This document shows, one piece after another, positions 47,911-62,619 of a stretch of DNA of 64,000 nucleotides; the stretch's first letter is position 1; every line of letters starts with the position of its first letter. Source of the stretch: Harriotta raleighana (Eukaryota); contig JBNZDD010013729.1 of NCBI GenBank assembly GCA_050575255.1, positions 10,455,269 to 10,519,268 on the forward strand, given 5' to 3'. Made by a program: the position numbers and the translations under genes. Below the pieces are notes generated by a model, which ran no database searches, had not been told where the DNA came from, and saw only the letters and a program-made list of their open reading frames with translations.

Positions 47911-49907
47911 TTTATTAGATTATTTATTCTGGAATGACTTGTATTTTGCAGTTCTTCAGAATCTTGCAGGTCTGAAGAGATTTTTCAATGTGTTTCAGCA
48001 ATGTTTCTTTAAGTCTTGCTGGGTTTTTTTCTACCTCTTCCTCCAACTTAGATAATGATATAACAGTAATCCTTGCATTTGAAGTAGTGCTCTATCACAT
48101 TTTCTAGACATCTCAAACACTTCACAGAATGTACTATAAAGTGATTCGACTGAATAATTTGTGGGTGAAATGCAGCAGCCAATTGCACATAGCAGCGTCT
48201 CACAAACAGTCGTGGATCGAGTGATCAAATTATTATTACTATTTTTCGAATGGATTATCCCTCCCGGAAAGCGATTCGCCAATCGACTTCAACAACCAAG
48301 TTCCTAATTACTAATTAGATAAACAGAGGCGTGTGAAGTAAGGAAACTTGTACCACATTTTGCCCTGCTTAGGAATCAAACCCGAGTCCTCTCCCTTGCG
48401 AGTTGACTAGCACCAAGGAGCGCTGAAGACCAGTATCATTGAAAAGTTGAGTATCAAAGATTTAACAGTGAGCAGATGATGTGTTTATTGCTGTGCTGCT
48501 GAGGGCATGAAAGTGATACTAAGGGCCTCGGGGACCAAAGCCATTTTCAAACACATGATCGCGACTAATTACACCGTCTCGGACAGGTAAAAGAATTTGT
48601 AGTTGTTCAATTTTTAGACTCGCACATTAAACAAACAAGGCAATTCTTTGCCAATTGAAAAGACTTTAATATTTAAATGCGGGCAGTAATAAAAGGCGCT
48701 TCGTGCCATAAGCAGATTTAATTATCCCCCATTATGCAAGGCAACTGATGAGAATTTAATGAGTCCACCTGCCTTCCTTTGTGAAAAATTGATTTGGTTT
48801 CCGCGCTGAATTAATAAAAAGCACTTAACACCAGCCACATAGCTGTAGTTAATTTTAGCTAAACACAACTGAAGGCAGCCCTTTGTGAAAGCATTTTGTC
48901 ATTCCTTTGTCTGGCCCGCGCACAAAAGCTGTTTTGATGTTTTCACTCATGGATACTGGAAACCAGAGAGTCTCCTCCATATTGTTGTTGTGTTTGGCTT
49001 TTGCAATACAATAACCCTTGTCCCCCCAGAGCTGGCTACTTTGCTTCATTGCCCAACCGATCAGCCCCTGACAAGACCTAGTTGTTGTTGTTGTTCTGTG
49101 AATAAATTCGGGATGCATTTGAAAATTAACTCATGTGTACGAGCAGAGTGGGGGGAAGAGAATCTAATTGCAGAAAATCAAAGCGTCCAGGTTTAAAATG
49201 ATAGTAAAGTAATCCTTGCATTCGATCCCACACCTTTCGTGTGGGGAGGAGGATGTCTCAAAGCGCTTTGCAGGATTTACAGTTAAATGCAGTGATTGTG
49301 TGTTTTGTGTTATTGTTGTTGTTGTTGTATGCGAATGTGGCTATCAATTTGCTCGGCTATCCTCCTTGGTGAGAGAGGTAAGCGGTGAAAACTTAGAAAT
49401 TAATGGATTGTCGTTGCAGAGATAACACGATGATGTTACGTATCAATTAGTACAAGTGCTTTGTGATATTCATCATACCAGTCAGGAGCTCTAGGTGACT
49501 AGTTGTACATTCTATTTAATGACTGCGCAATGGCTGGGAAGTAACTGAGTCTGGTTAGCTGTGATACATTTCTCTGTACTGTGCCGAGTTCTGGCTAATT
49601 AATGCAGGACTTGGAAATTGTGTCCAGTGTTTGCAATTCAGTGACGCAGTTAAAGACCGACTCCAGTACTTCCCATACATTAATGTCAAACTGGGTTTGC
49701 CTAGAATTCAATTAGTTCTTAATGCAGCCAAGGAATTGTTATGGACCATACTTTGTCCCCAATTAATTAATTCTGAACTAACTTGGTTTCCCAAGATTGG
49801 ATATGTTATCTGTGGTAATACAATTTCTCTTGTACTGTTAATAATGGGAGGTCTCTTTTGAAATTATAATGAATGGCGTGCTATTGTTGAGGATGAAGTC
49901 TATAACT

Positions 49908-50145
49908 TCTGTAGCTCAGTGGTTAGAGCACTCGCCTTACAAGCGTGAGACCAGTGTTCGAATCCGGGCAGATCAGGGCGAAACCTCGGATACTTACTCC
50001 TTACACTACACTCCTAATAATAATCCCTCCAAAAAAAACCACAATAATAAACATTGGTCATTTCAATCCATGACTGTTTGTGGGACAATGCTGTGCGCAA
50101 TTGGCTGCTGCGTTTCACCCATAAATATCCAGTCAATTCACTTGA
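49908..50145 (+). mobile_element. tRNA-derived SINE, 3' truncated
   Basis: Intact A and B boxes. Confidence 0.85.
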
Positions 50146-51377
50146 CGATGGGGAAGGAGGGGACAGGGGAAGCGTACGGGTTGAAGGAGAGAGTGCCAAA
50201 GTTGATGTTTGATGCAAAGAGGTAGTTAGAACACAAATTCTCTCTCAAATTAATTCCACTCTTGGGTAGGCAATCTCCTGTTATTAACTCACAGCAACTG
50301 ACAAGCAGATTGTGCCTGCCTGCCATACTAGTGGGATCGCTAATAGCTCTCAGTCTCAGAGGAGGATTTCTTTGTGACAGACTGGAAACTGCGATGGAGC
50401 CCAGTACAACAACAGCAAAATTACATTTGTGTAGTGCCTTTCAGGTCAGGAGGACGTCCCAAGGTGCTGGACAGTCAGTAATAGAGAAACAGTATGTTAA
50501 CGCTCCTGCTGCCAAGATGTCTTTTATTTTAAAATAATGCCGGGGGGGTGAAATTTAATGATTTATTCCTTTCTCCTATCCCCACCGACTCGATTGGTGA
50601 TCAAGGGGGGGTTTGTGACCCACTGTGGGGAAACCACAGCAGATTTTACCTGTTCAACACTAAATACTGCACATTCCAGATGCATCGATTTCGACCAGAA
50701 GCATCTCATGTTGCATTTTATAGTTGAAGATCAGTTGCACTAATTATTAGTAATAATAGTAATGATAATAATCCTAGCATTTGATACAGTGATGGATCAC
50801 TTCATTGAGAGGTCTCAAAACACTTCGCAGAATATATTGTAAAGTGAATTGACTGTGTAGTTTATGGTCAAAACGTGGTAGACGATTGCGCACAGCAGCG
50901 TCCTATAAACAGGCATAGATTGAGTGATTTATTTTATGGGGATGTGTGGGATTACTGTCTCCAAATATATATTATTAATACTTACTGCTAGCTAACAGAG
51001 GAGTGTGGAGTAAGGAAACTTGCCTGAGGTTTTGCTCCATCCTACGATCGTGCAGGAATGCATTAAGTGCTCAACTAACAAAGGACTGTGTAGAATGTTG
51101 GCTTGAGAGAGGTGGGGAGATAGCACAGTGTGAGTGCTCTTTAATATGAAGACATTTAACAGTAAAACTCTGACAGTAATAGCCATGGGGGATAATCTCA
51201 TTATATGTTCACATTTCATAGCACTCACTCGTGTGTAACAATAATGAGTCACTAGAGAGGACCTGAGACCGATTGGGGTCAGTGCAATGCAAAATATGGA
51301 GAAAAACATTGTACACATCTCAATACCGAACGGACTCCATTAACCTACGATCCAGCCACCCTGAGCTCATTGCAATG

Positions 51378-51715
51378 GAGGCCTGTAGCTCAGTGCAGTG
51401 GAGGCCTGTAGCTCAGTGGTTAGAGCACTCATCTTATAAGCAAGAGACCTGGGTTCAATTCTATGCAGGTCAGGGTGAAACCTTGGGGAAGTTTCCTTAC
51501 TCCACATGCCTGATAATAATCCTTTGAAAAAATCTAGATTTTTTAATTGGTCATTTCAATCTACGACTGTTTGTGGGGACCCTGCTGTGCACAATTGGCT
51601 GCCGTGTTTCACCCACAAATATACAGTCAATTCGCCTTATGGTATATTCTGTGAAGCACTTTGAGATGTCTAGAAGATGTGAAAAGCGCTATATCAAATG
51701 CAAGGATTATTATTA
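51378..51715 (+). mobile_element. tRNA-derived SINE with duplicated 5' end
   Basis: GGAGGCCTGTAGCTCAGTG repeated twice, then family consensus. Confidence 0.87.
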
Positions 51716-52344
51716 GTAGTAGTAGTATTACAATTGAAGGAGCTGCAGGATTGTTGAAAGTGTTTGCTTTGAAAGCTGATTTTTTTAAATGAAAACCAGT
51801 CTCCAAAGGAAAACCGAATTTGGGATATTCCCTCACTCCCTGAAGTCTTCGGATTTAAGAATGGTTTTCTCTGAAGCTTTCGGTGTTGTTGTGTAGGAAA
51901 GAAGGAACATTCCAGCTGATGTGAATTGTGCCAATATATTATATTACAGTACTTTGAAGTATGCCAATCGATGGAATGGCGCCATTGTTTTGTATGGTTT
52001 GAACGAATCGATAGTATAGAGGAGAAAGTCACTCTGGAGAGTAAGATTTTCATTGAGCATCAAAGACACTGTTAAAGGCATGATGTTCCGCCAAGACTCT
52101 TGCATTACCAGCCAAGCAGAAAATATCTATTAAATCTGTGATTAATGGCTAGATTGTTTCAATTAAGGCCAATCAAAAGATGTTCATTGCCTCTTTATGA
52201 AGCGTTAAATGATAAGGTGACTCTAAATCGGGTTCATTCCTCCTCTTGTACGAAACAGTACCTAGCTACAGACCTACAGTCCACCTGCCCATATAGAAGT
52301 GTGCTGCTATTTGTGAAGTGACCATGAAGATGCTAAAATCAAAA

Positions 52345-52665
52345 TAATAATCATAATAATGCTTTCATTTGATGTAGCACTTTTCACGTCTTCTAGACGT
52401 CTCAAAGCACTTCACAGAATATAATGTAAAGTGAATTGACTGTATATTTGTTGGCGAAACGCGGCAGCCAATTGCACACAGCAATGTCCCCACAAACAGT
52501 CGTGGATTGAAATGACCAATTTTATTACTGTGTTTTTTTTGGGAGGGATTATTATCAGGCGTATGTGTGGAGTAAGGAAACTTGCCTAAGGTTTCGCCCT
52601 GACCTGCCGGATTCGAAACACAGGTCTCACGCTTGTAAAGTGAGAGCACTGAGCTACAGAACTTC
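52345..52665 (-). mobile_element. tRNA-derived SINE
   Basis: Same family consensus. Confidence 0.87.
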
Positions 52666-55600
52666 ATCATGAAGAAGCAGGGAGTTGGGGTTAGGAATTG
52701 TGAGCAAGTTTAACTCTCATTGACTGTCTTTTGTATTGAATTGTATCGTACAGCACACTGCAAAAAAAAAAAAAGAACTTGTTTGGACTTGGACCAGTCT
52801 ATTAAACTATTTCAGTCAAATACCTGGCATAAGGCAGGTTAATGTTGACATTAATGAATTAGGGAACTATTACAGAATACTCCAGGGGCAGCTTGTAATT
52901 TACCCTGATAAGACTATTTTGTATTACAATTTCCATGTTAGGGCAAAACTTTGGCCAACTTTCCTTATTCCACATGCCTAATAATAATCCCTCCAAAAAA
53001 AAAGCAATAATAAATTGGTCATTTCAATCTGCGACTGTTAGTGGGGATGCTGCTGCACGCAATTGGCTGCTGCGTTTCGCCCACAAATATACAGTCAATT
53101 CACGGTATATTCTGTGAAGAATTGTTGAAAGTGTTTGCTTTGGAAGCTGGTTCTTTTTATGACATCCGCCTCCAAAGGAAAACCCCAATTAAGATCTTCC
53201 CTCAGCTCTCTGAAGTCTTCAGATTTATGTCCGAATGGTCTTGGGACTGAGACTGGGTAGAATTTCAGCTTCTCAGTAACTAACAGCATACGATGCAAGG
53301 ACTGTATGCGTTTCACATTGTGAAGAATCTGAGAGAGTAACTTGAGCAATTCTGAGGGAGACCAGCAGAAGGAGCTATCTGCTAACAATACTGTTTACCC
53401 AAAACATTCACTGTCCTGTCAGTCAAATCCTGTGGCAACATCAACTGCACACAGCTTGGGTTTTGAGTAGAAAATGATTATTTTTTCGCTTCATTGCAAT
53501 TGCCAGAGCTGGACTGAATGCTCACATGGGAAGGAAAAGTGTTTACCACCAGAATGATAAACATGAATAACTTTCTTTTATTTTGATGCAGTAATGTAGC
53601 TCAGTGGTTAGAGCACTCGCTTTACAAGTGTGAGACCTATGTTTCGAATACAGCCAGGTCAGGGCAAAACCTTGGGCAAACTTCTTTACTCCACATACCT
53701 AATAATAATATTATTATAATAAATATAGTATAGTCAATTCACTTTACAGTACATTCTGTGAAGCGCTTTGAGAGGTCTAGCAGACGTGAAAAGTGCTCAA
53801 TCAAATGCAAGGATTATTATCTTTGTCTGAATAATTGTGATTAATAATCCTGCTGTTTTATAGTCTGAATGCAGAAGCTGCTCTAATAATCACTTCACAC
53901 AGCTCAGTGCTTCTATTTCATTAACATAATGAGTAGCACAAATTGCAGAGTCAGATTCCACAGCATATGATCACCGCACTTTACAGAAAATCCTGTGAAG
54001 CACTTTGAGGTGTCTCTACAGTTTGATAAGGTGCTACATTAAACTTGAGGATTATTATTATTTTTTTTCTCTTTTACTAACACTTTGAGTTTGGTGAATA
54101 AATATTTGGGCATTATGACGGTACGGGAAGCCTGACTGACACGCAGTGACTAGTTTCCCTTAAACGTTTCCTTTATTTAAAATGAAACCACAATAAATAC
54201 AACATTTGTACTATCCTCACAGAGTGAGTGCAGCAATGTTTGACGAGCGTGTTCTGTTGATAAATAATAACTCCTACATATTCTACTGCAACAGCTACAG
54301 CACATCATTGCGCTTCACTGTCACACTAACCAGAATTCTCTTCTGTGACTGAAACCCTTTTTACGAATGCACTGTTTAACTGGAACCCTCTTTTCACCGG
54401 CTGTGTAATGTTTTAAAGCACTTCACAGAATATCCTGAATCTGCATGCAGCAGCAACAGAAAAATTCTAGAAAGAAAAATTGTAATGTTATGTGTGAGCA
54501 CAATTCACGTGGCATTAATATCACCCAAAACCCCAATCCCCTTCACTCAGTTGGTATGATTGTAGTCCTGTGGTTTAATGATAAGACAGTCGACAGTGTG
54601 TAACATTGTCTTTGTGGAAGATTAACTGAACAAAGGATTAAAAAAAAGAAAGTATTCCAAACTCCACGTTTCACATCAATTACAGCCAAACTGCTCTACT
54701 TTGCGTCATTAAAAGGGGCAGATTAAACCAGGAAGATTTTAAAAACAAGTGATTGGATCTTGCTCGTTGCGTCAAGGGCTTGCAGTTTAACCAAATTCTC
54801 TCTCATTGCAGAAACAAATGGCCCTGCGGAGCAAAGTAAAGTGGATCTCTTTTTAAACCAAATGCTTTCAGGCCATTGCATTAACAAACTGAGCATCCGA
54901 GTTTAGCTCCAGGTCACACGACTGGGTTTGGATGAAAAAGGCCAATTGCAATAACAAAATTACATTTTTTTCACGTCAGGAGGACGTCTCAAGGCACTGA
55001 GAGAGAGATAAAATACTAGTCCAACCGATCTAATCCTTCCAGATCATCCACCCTTTCCGTTCCCCCATTCCAGCACTATCACTATGGCTATATAAGTGGC
55101 TCTAGTCCTGGCCTTAACTAACCTTCCTGACATACAGGACAAATATACAGTCACTATGCTTTACTGTATATTCTGTGAAGCACTTTGAGACGTCTCGAAG
55201 ATGTGACAAGGCGCTATTTCAAATGCAAGTTATTATTATTACTATCACTAACATTGATTAAAGGCATATGCCACTCAAAGAGAACATCAACATTTGGGGT
55301 TTTTCAGCCCTGATTAACAGCAAATGTAGTAGGAGTTTAAAACTGCCGTCACACAACAGTAAAAACACAAATTTACATGCATTTGCAGTGACCTCTTTGG
55401 CATTGTAAAATCACCTGCGGTGTGATATTTTTTGATTATCACCCGTAGGTAAACTGCTATACTTTAAGTCAGTGATATGGTGCTTTGAAATGACATCAGT
55501 TATTATACAATCAGGTTGTTCAAATTTCAACGCAAAAAAGGGGATTCAACCGAATCATAAGAAGAGTAAACAGCATCCTTCATTATTTCCATATACACAT

Positions 55601-56479
55601 CATTATCTAATATATATGCATTGCATAAACACAATTTGAGAAGTTTTAACAGCACAATCAATGAAGAGGATAATGATTCATCCGCGGATCCAGTCAACAA
55701 AAAGCCAATTGCATCAAGGAGAATAAATTGCAATCGAAATAATCTCTCTGCTGAGTGTCTTTGATTAATCTACAGTTTTGAAGCATATGGTGCAAAGTTA
55801 CATTCTGTCTGTCTGTGTGTGTGTGTATGTGCATGAGAGAGAGAAGGATGTGCTGGGGAAATGCATGCAAATTAGACTACTTGTAATTGAAATATTGGAT
55901 GTCTTTCACAGCAGCGAGCAGCAATAGCACCTGCTCTCTGTGCACCAGGCACAGTTGGCTTCTGTCTTGAGGTGTTTTGCACTCTCCCATTTTCGTTTCT
56001 ACCGCTGGCTTGGGGGCTAGACTCCGCCACTGTGAAGCTCTCTACAACTCTACTCCACATGAATGGAGCTGTGTAAATGGAGGTGGTGGCTGTTTTACGA
56101 CAATGAGGAGATTTTTCTTGCAGTATCTCTTTCCTTGAAAATCCATTGGAAATATCTGTGTAATATGTAAATAGTTATTGCCCCCACACGCTCCCACACA
56201 CACACACACACAAACAAAATTGGCTATTGCCTTCATCACTGCGTGCAAATTGGCTGCTACGTTCATCAGTAAAAATACACGGTCACTACACGTATGAAGC
56301 ACTTTGAGACGTCTACCTGACATGAAAAGTGCTAATATCAAACGTAGGTATTAATATGCTGTGTTTATAGATACAGGATTCTGTATTACAGATGGGATGG
56401 CCATTGTTTTAAAGAGAAATAAGGAAACATTTGTTTCTGTAGTTTTACTTCCCCTCTACCTCTGTGAGCTCTACTTAGC

Positions 56480-56840
56480 CCCTACCAACTTGCCTGGATC
56501 CTCCGCTCAGCGGGCTCTGGCCTGCTCCATGTCCCCAGACCCACCCGCCTCACCATCGGCGGGCGAGCCTTTAGCCACTCTGCCACCAATCTTCGGAATT
56601 TCATCCCGCAATCCCTCTGCCTCGCCGCCTGCCTAGCCTCCTTCAAGTCCTGCCTCAAAATACCTCCTCTTCGACCATGCCATTAGTCACCTACCCTCTT
56701 CCACTTCCTTCCCTCCACCCTCCCTGATCCCGACCCTTGCTTCCCTCCCTCGACAGCTCTGAAACACTGACTCCAGCACATTGGGACATCCTCCCGACGT
56801 GAAAGGCGCTATACACATGTAATTTTGTTGTTGTTGTTGC
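56480..56840 (+). mobile_element. L2-type LINE 3' fragment
   Basis: TIGGRAFSHSA motif and L2 tail with (TTG)n. Confidence 0.8.
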
Positions 56841-57339
56841 ATTCCCTCCCCCCCAGTTTCTATTTTTTAATGCATTCTATATCTGTTGTGAATCTACCTT
56901 CCTCTTCAGCGGAATGCTTTTGCTCTAGCGGGAGATTCAGAGGAGAATCAGTGACAAAAATGTCTAGGAATAATTTAAGGTATTCCTGTTTCTTCTGTCA
57001 CTGTCACTTTACCAGCCGCCCGAATGCTAATAATTGTGGAGTGTTTAAACGATGGTGTCTCCACAGTGTTACAACGTTCACAGCAGGTATGCAGCAATCA
57101 ATATAGAATACCTTCTGACAGACCAGCATTAAAATAGGTTGAACACTGACAAAGAATGTCTGGCATGATGTGCAAATAACGAGAGCTGGTTGATGCCAAC
57201 TAGTTGTTCTCGATCCCAGTACAATAGAGGGTGGGAGAGCGAGGGAACTGACGGTATCATGACTCCCTCTTAACTTCTTCAAATAGGCTGTGAAATCCCA
57301 GGTTTCTTTCATTTTCCACCAATTTGTCCAACCGTTAAG

Positions 57340-57645
57340 TGCCTATCCTGTCTCCTCACAGCAGTGACAGCTGCCTCTGCTCTACTCAGTCTGACCTCCT
57401 CCTTGTCCCCCGAATCCTCCACTCCACCATCAGCGCTTTTAGCCATTATGCCCTGAAACTTTACAACTTCCTCCCTTCAACCCCTTTGCCTCGCAGCCAC
57501 ACACCCCACCCCCGCTCCTTTCCCATCCTCAGGTCGAGCCTGTACAACTTTATTTTCAACCAACTGCACTTCCGGTTACCTTCTTCCTTCCTCCAGCTCA
57601 GCCTCGTGGAGGACGCTATAAAATACTTGCTATTGTTGTAGTTGT
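57340..57645 (+). mobile_element. L2-type LINE 3' fragment
   Basis: LLLVPRILHSTISAFSHYALKLYNFLP. Confidence 0.7.
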
Positions 57646-60066
57646 TTGTAGCTGGAGTCTTTGCAATATTAAGACTCAACAATATTAAGCACTGATGGTC
57701 TTGCCAATATATATATTACTTTTACATATCGGGGATTATGCCACAAGCAGAAAGTTCCTTTGCTTATGTATGTGATGTATAATGGATAGATATTTGTAAG
57801 GTCAGAGTATTAAGGAACACGGGCCAAAGGTGGGTAATTGGAGTTGAGGTACAGATCAGCTATTAATTTCACAGATTTCAAATGGCAGAATAGCCTCGAG
57901 GGGCCGAATGCTCTCCTCCTCTTTCTATGTTTCTAATGATCCAACAGATGTTCACAAATATCTGGAGACAGACTGTTCATCTCGGTGACCTCTGAAACCT
58001 GTGGCGGGCTTTGGATGCTGTGCATCTCTTCTGATAGATATTGGCGATACTAGCGAGCAAACACTTTGTTTTCTTCCCCCAAGAACTATTGATCTGTTTT
58101 GAATCGGGTTCATGTTTAATTAATGCAGTCAGCGCCATATCTGTCTAGATAGTACCAGGGAGGACTGTCCAAACCATTAAAGGTTTGGCATCCTTGCTTG
58201 AAGACTTGTGTACAAACTCATAAGCATGACTGAGGACTCAGACAGGTTAGGGACCATCACCAGAACCTTGGATTGATTGAAGACCTGGCTGGCTCTATTA
58301 GCCATCAATCCAGCCCCAGGGAGAATCCTCCTCATTTGCTGTTCCTTCCTTCCATTCTCAGAAAGATCTAGTAATTCACTTTTCTCAATCTCAAAATACT
58401 GATTGAACCCATTGGGATTCAAACTCTGAACTTTCTCTCCTAAATCAGCTGCTCAATTAACAGATGTACTCAGGATAGTGAGAGGGTCTTGTTTAAATAT
58501 CATTTGGGGACTTAACTTTTTTTTGCAATCTTTTTGACTTAAAAAATAGCTAAATTCTGGAAGGTAAGCCATGACATCATCTCCAACCCAATGCACAGGA
58601 ACACAACACTGGTCACTTCCTGCACAGGAAGTGAGGCCCCTGATGATCTTATGACCTGGAAGTTGGCCGGTTATGTCGACCGGAATGATTTTTATTTTAA
58701 AAAATGTTTTTTTTTTTTTTTAAATCCTCAATGTGGAGAAAATTGGAAAGCAATGCGATGTACCAACAAAGATCCAAAAGATTTCATTGTTAGCCACATT
58801 TTATGCGCTTCACATATATCCATAAGCAATTGAACATTTTCTAAGAAGTTTTGTTAAGCTGTGAAGATCTTAGCTGTTCATGTATCTCCTGTGCATCCTC
58901 TTATGTGCTATGACAAGGCTGAACATAACATTGCCTCTAAGTCCTGCAGGCAGCTTACATTTTGTTTTTCAGAATGCTCATGACCCATGAAAATTAGTGC
59001 CATTAATTGTGTATTTTTATACAGTGGCTGAACAATTATTTTTGACCCGAGGGCTAAAAGGTATTAATAAAGATAGAAAGTAATACTGTGCCTAGGAAGC
59101 TACTATGTGCTGTTTATAGACCTCAACGCCAAGATTAAGAATTAGCACAAGTCAAAATCATCCTACACAAATCTTCGGTAAATCCACCCCAAATTCTTCC
59201 CCATTTACTTTGATGTCTATCAAAATATCTTGCGTTCGTATAGTACCTGTCCTGTGGAGATAAGGTCTCAGGGTGCTTCACAGTGAAGGGTCAAATGCCA
59301 GATGAGAGAGGAGTTGGAGGTGGGAGGTGAGTGTAGGCACGGAGAAGAGGTAGGTTTTAAGGTAGGATTTGTAGAAGCTGAGGGTAAGGCAGAGAGTTCT
59401 ATTGGGTGTACAGAGTTTAAAGGCAATGTGTTTATTTGTATCCTATTTGAGCAGATCTTCGTGGTCTATTTGTGCATGTTGATGTGAGAAGATGAGCACT
59501 TTGCTCTATGTGAGACATCAATAACAACACTGACAATAGATCACAAGATCAGTTCAGGTGGGCTGACAACAACAGCAACAAAATTACAAAGACCATTCAT
59601 CCCATCTGATCTTATCCTTCCAGAAAACCTGGACTAGCATCACAGCATCAAGCTATCTTACCTACATGATGATTATCATTATTATTCTATTATTATATTA
59701 CAAAATGATTCTAAACTCCTGGCCTCATCCACCCTTCCTAGCAACCTGCTCTAGCTGTTAATTCCCCACTGGATAGAGAAACACTGCCTGTCCACAGAAT
59801 ATCCAGTCAATTCACTTTACAGTATCTTCTGTGAAATGCTTTGATGTGTTAAGGCTCTGTATCAAATGCAAGGATTATTATTAGAGATGGTCCTGAAATT
59901 ACCCTTTCCCACACTAAACCTAGGGTCCACTTGTTCTGAGTTCTTGGTGCATCTGAAAGTAATGTTCTAGATTTACTTTGCTGAAATCCAGGGCAAATTT
60001 GATGTAACAGAACACCCTTCGCATTAATCTGTGGCACACTCAGATAGCCCTAGTTCTGGATGACAT

Positions 60067-60335
60067 AAACAACAACAAAATTATATTTATAGAGCGCCTT
60101 TCAGATCGGCAGGACGTCCCAAGGCTGAACAGTCAGGGATCAGGACTCGAGCATGGGGGTCGGGCAGAGTAGGGAGGAGGGGAGGGCGGCAGAAGTCATG
60201 ATCTATGAGGAAGGTCTTGAGAACGGCCTTGAAGGAGGCAAGGATGGGAGTGAGGTGAAGGGACTGTGAGATGGAGTTCCAGAGTGTGGGGGCAGAGAAG
60301 CTGAAAGCCCGGCCGCCGATGGTAGGATGGGTCGG
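60067..60335 (-). mobile_element. L2-type LINE 3' fragment
   Basis: TIGGRAFSFSAPTLWNSISQSLHLTPILASFKAVLKTFL; (CAA)n tail. Confidence 0.85.
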
Positions 60336-60784
60336 GTGTGGGATAAATCTCTTCAATAAGAATGGGTTGCAAACTCCAAACACACGCTGAGCAAGTATGT
60401 AGCGTGCTGTAAGCTTTGATTTGTTCCGGCCTGAAATAAATTGAGGATTTTTTTTCTCTCTCTCTCGCCTGAGATACTTAAAATGTTTTCTGTTTCGCTC
60501 ACGCAAAATGATGGCCTCGGAGATTCCTGCTTCAGGAGCATTCTTCATCAAATCCTTCAACCTCTTTAGGCAATAATCTGGGTTTTAATGAAAGCTCTTT
60601 GATGTTGACTTCCTGTGGTGATTCAGTGACCTGTTCAGCCTTTCGCTTCAAAGCTAACAACATTTTGCCAGAAAACTTGCGGCAACTTTAACTCTGAACT
60701 TTCCAACATCAGTTGGACGTGCTGACATGTCAGTATTCATAATCATATGAACATAAGAATAATAATAAGTCCTGTAGAGTCCTT

Positions 60785-61117
60785 GTGGAGCCCTATCGCT
60801 CAGTGGTTAGAGTACTCGCCTTACAAGCATGAGACCTGTGTTCGAAACCAGGCAAGTCTGGATGAAACCTTGGGCAAGTTTTCTTACTCCTCACACACGC
60901 CTAATAATAATCCCTCCAAAAAAACCCCACAATAATAAAAAAAATTGTCATTTCAATCACGACTGTCTGTAGGGACACTGTTTAGCTCAATTGGCTGCCG
61001 CATTTCGCCCACAAATATACAGTCATTTCATTTCACAGTATATTCTGTGAAGTGCTTTGAGACATCTAGAAGACATGAAAAGCGCTACATCAAATGCAAA
61101 GATTCTTCTTATTATTA
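60785..61117 (+). mobile_element. tRNA-derived SINE, full length
   Basis: Same family consensus. Confidence 0.88.
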
Positions 61118-62619
61118 TAATAATCCTTGCATTTGACATAGCTCCCCCTCAAGTTACGAAGACGTTTCAAAGTACTTCCCTTTGACTGCAGAGTGAGTGG
61201 TTATATATTTTGTAGATGACTATTGATAATAATAATAATCCTTTTGTTATAGCGCCTTTTCACTTCTTCGATACCTCTCAAGTTTCCTCACAGAATAAAG
61301 TGAATTGACCATATACTTTGTGGGCGAAATGCAGCAGACAATTACGCACAGCAGTGTCGTGGATTGAGTGACCCAAATTTTTATATTTTGCTGTTTTTTT
61401 TTCTAAGGGATTAATTTCCCCCGGAAAAGTGATATGCCAATCGATTAATAGCCGGGTTCCAATTTAGCGCTGAGTAAACAGAGGCATGTGTGTAGAGTAA
61501 GGAAACTTGCCCAACGTTTTGCCCTGCCCGGGTATCGACCCCAGGTCCTCTCATTTGCGAGGTGAGTGCTCTAACCACTGAGCTACGGGACTCCACGAAT
61601 GAACGCAGCAGCCAATTTACGCACAGCACAGAGATGCTCCAACAAACAGCCACTCTATAATGTGTGGCTGTATTTAATTCCAGCTCAATGTGACAACTTT
61701 TGCTTTTTTCTTAAAATGAGGCTCTGTTTACCTTAGAATCCAGCTGGTCTCAGATTATTATCGACTCAGTCTGGACACCCCAGTGAACAGACAACGTGGC
61801 CAGGATTGGTTTTTAAGGAAGTCCGAGGGTCAAACTGGGCAGGCCATTCTTGCTGCAAATAGTATCAATATTAAATAATATTTCACAAACATAAGATTCC
61901 CCAGTGGGGCAAAGAACCTGTAGGGTCTGTACAGATGGCAGCTGTCTGCCTGGACAGTGCTACACCCCTACCAGGGTCAACGCACAAGTCAGGACTGAAT
62001 TGCAGCAATTTGGTTTAGTAAGGTCATAGGGGGAGTGGGGGGGTTGGGGGGAGAAGAATCATAGGATTACACACCACAAAAAGAGAACATTAAGCCCAGG
62101 GTTTCTGTCCAAATCAATCCCACTCCCCTCCCCCCCAACCCCCCGAACTCTCCCCATTACCCTGGCAAACTTGTCCTCCTCAAATAATGAATAGAATCAA
62201 GAGATGTAACATAAATTCTGAGGTAGGTGTCACTATAAATTGCACTGACCTAAGAAAACTTTTTTGTTTAAGAAAAAAAACAGCTGACATTTTGGCAGGT
62301 GAGTGAGTGAATGACAGTCTGAGAGGCAATTACTGTACTGTTCAGGGATTACTGTCCTAGCCTTGACATCCTCCAGCTCTATCTCCATGAAATACTTCTT
62401 TAACATGCTAGAGATCACTTGAGGGCATTGGAAGAGGAGAAGAAACCCTCAAGGACTGTATTTGCTTGAATCTGTAGAATAATATTAGTTATTAATAATC
62501 CTTCTCCTTAATACTACTGTAAAGGGAGGTTTGCTGTATGCAGTTTGAGAATGGTTTGCTATTGATGATATCAGTTTCACTGTTGAATTAATCGTTTTCA
62601 TTATAATAATAATATACTG

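Noticed and set aside
49908-49985. tRNA genes (for example tRNA-Val TAC)
   Set aside because: Heads continue into SINE bodies, lack a proper acceptor stem and occur in many diverged copies
60087-60560. 157-aa minus-strand ORF as an antisense gene
   Set aside because: The C-terminal half is an L2 ORF2 remnant and the rest has no recognisable homology
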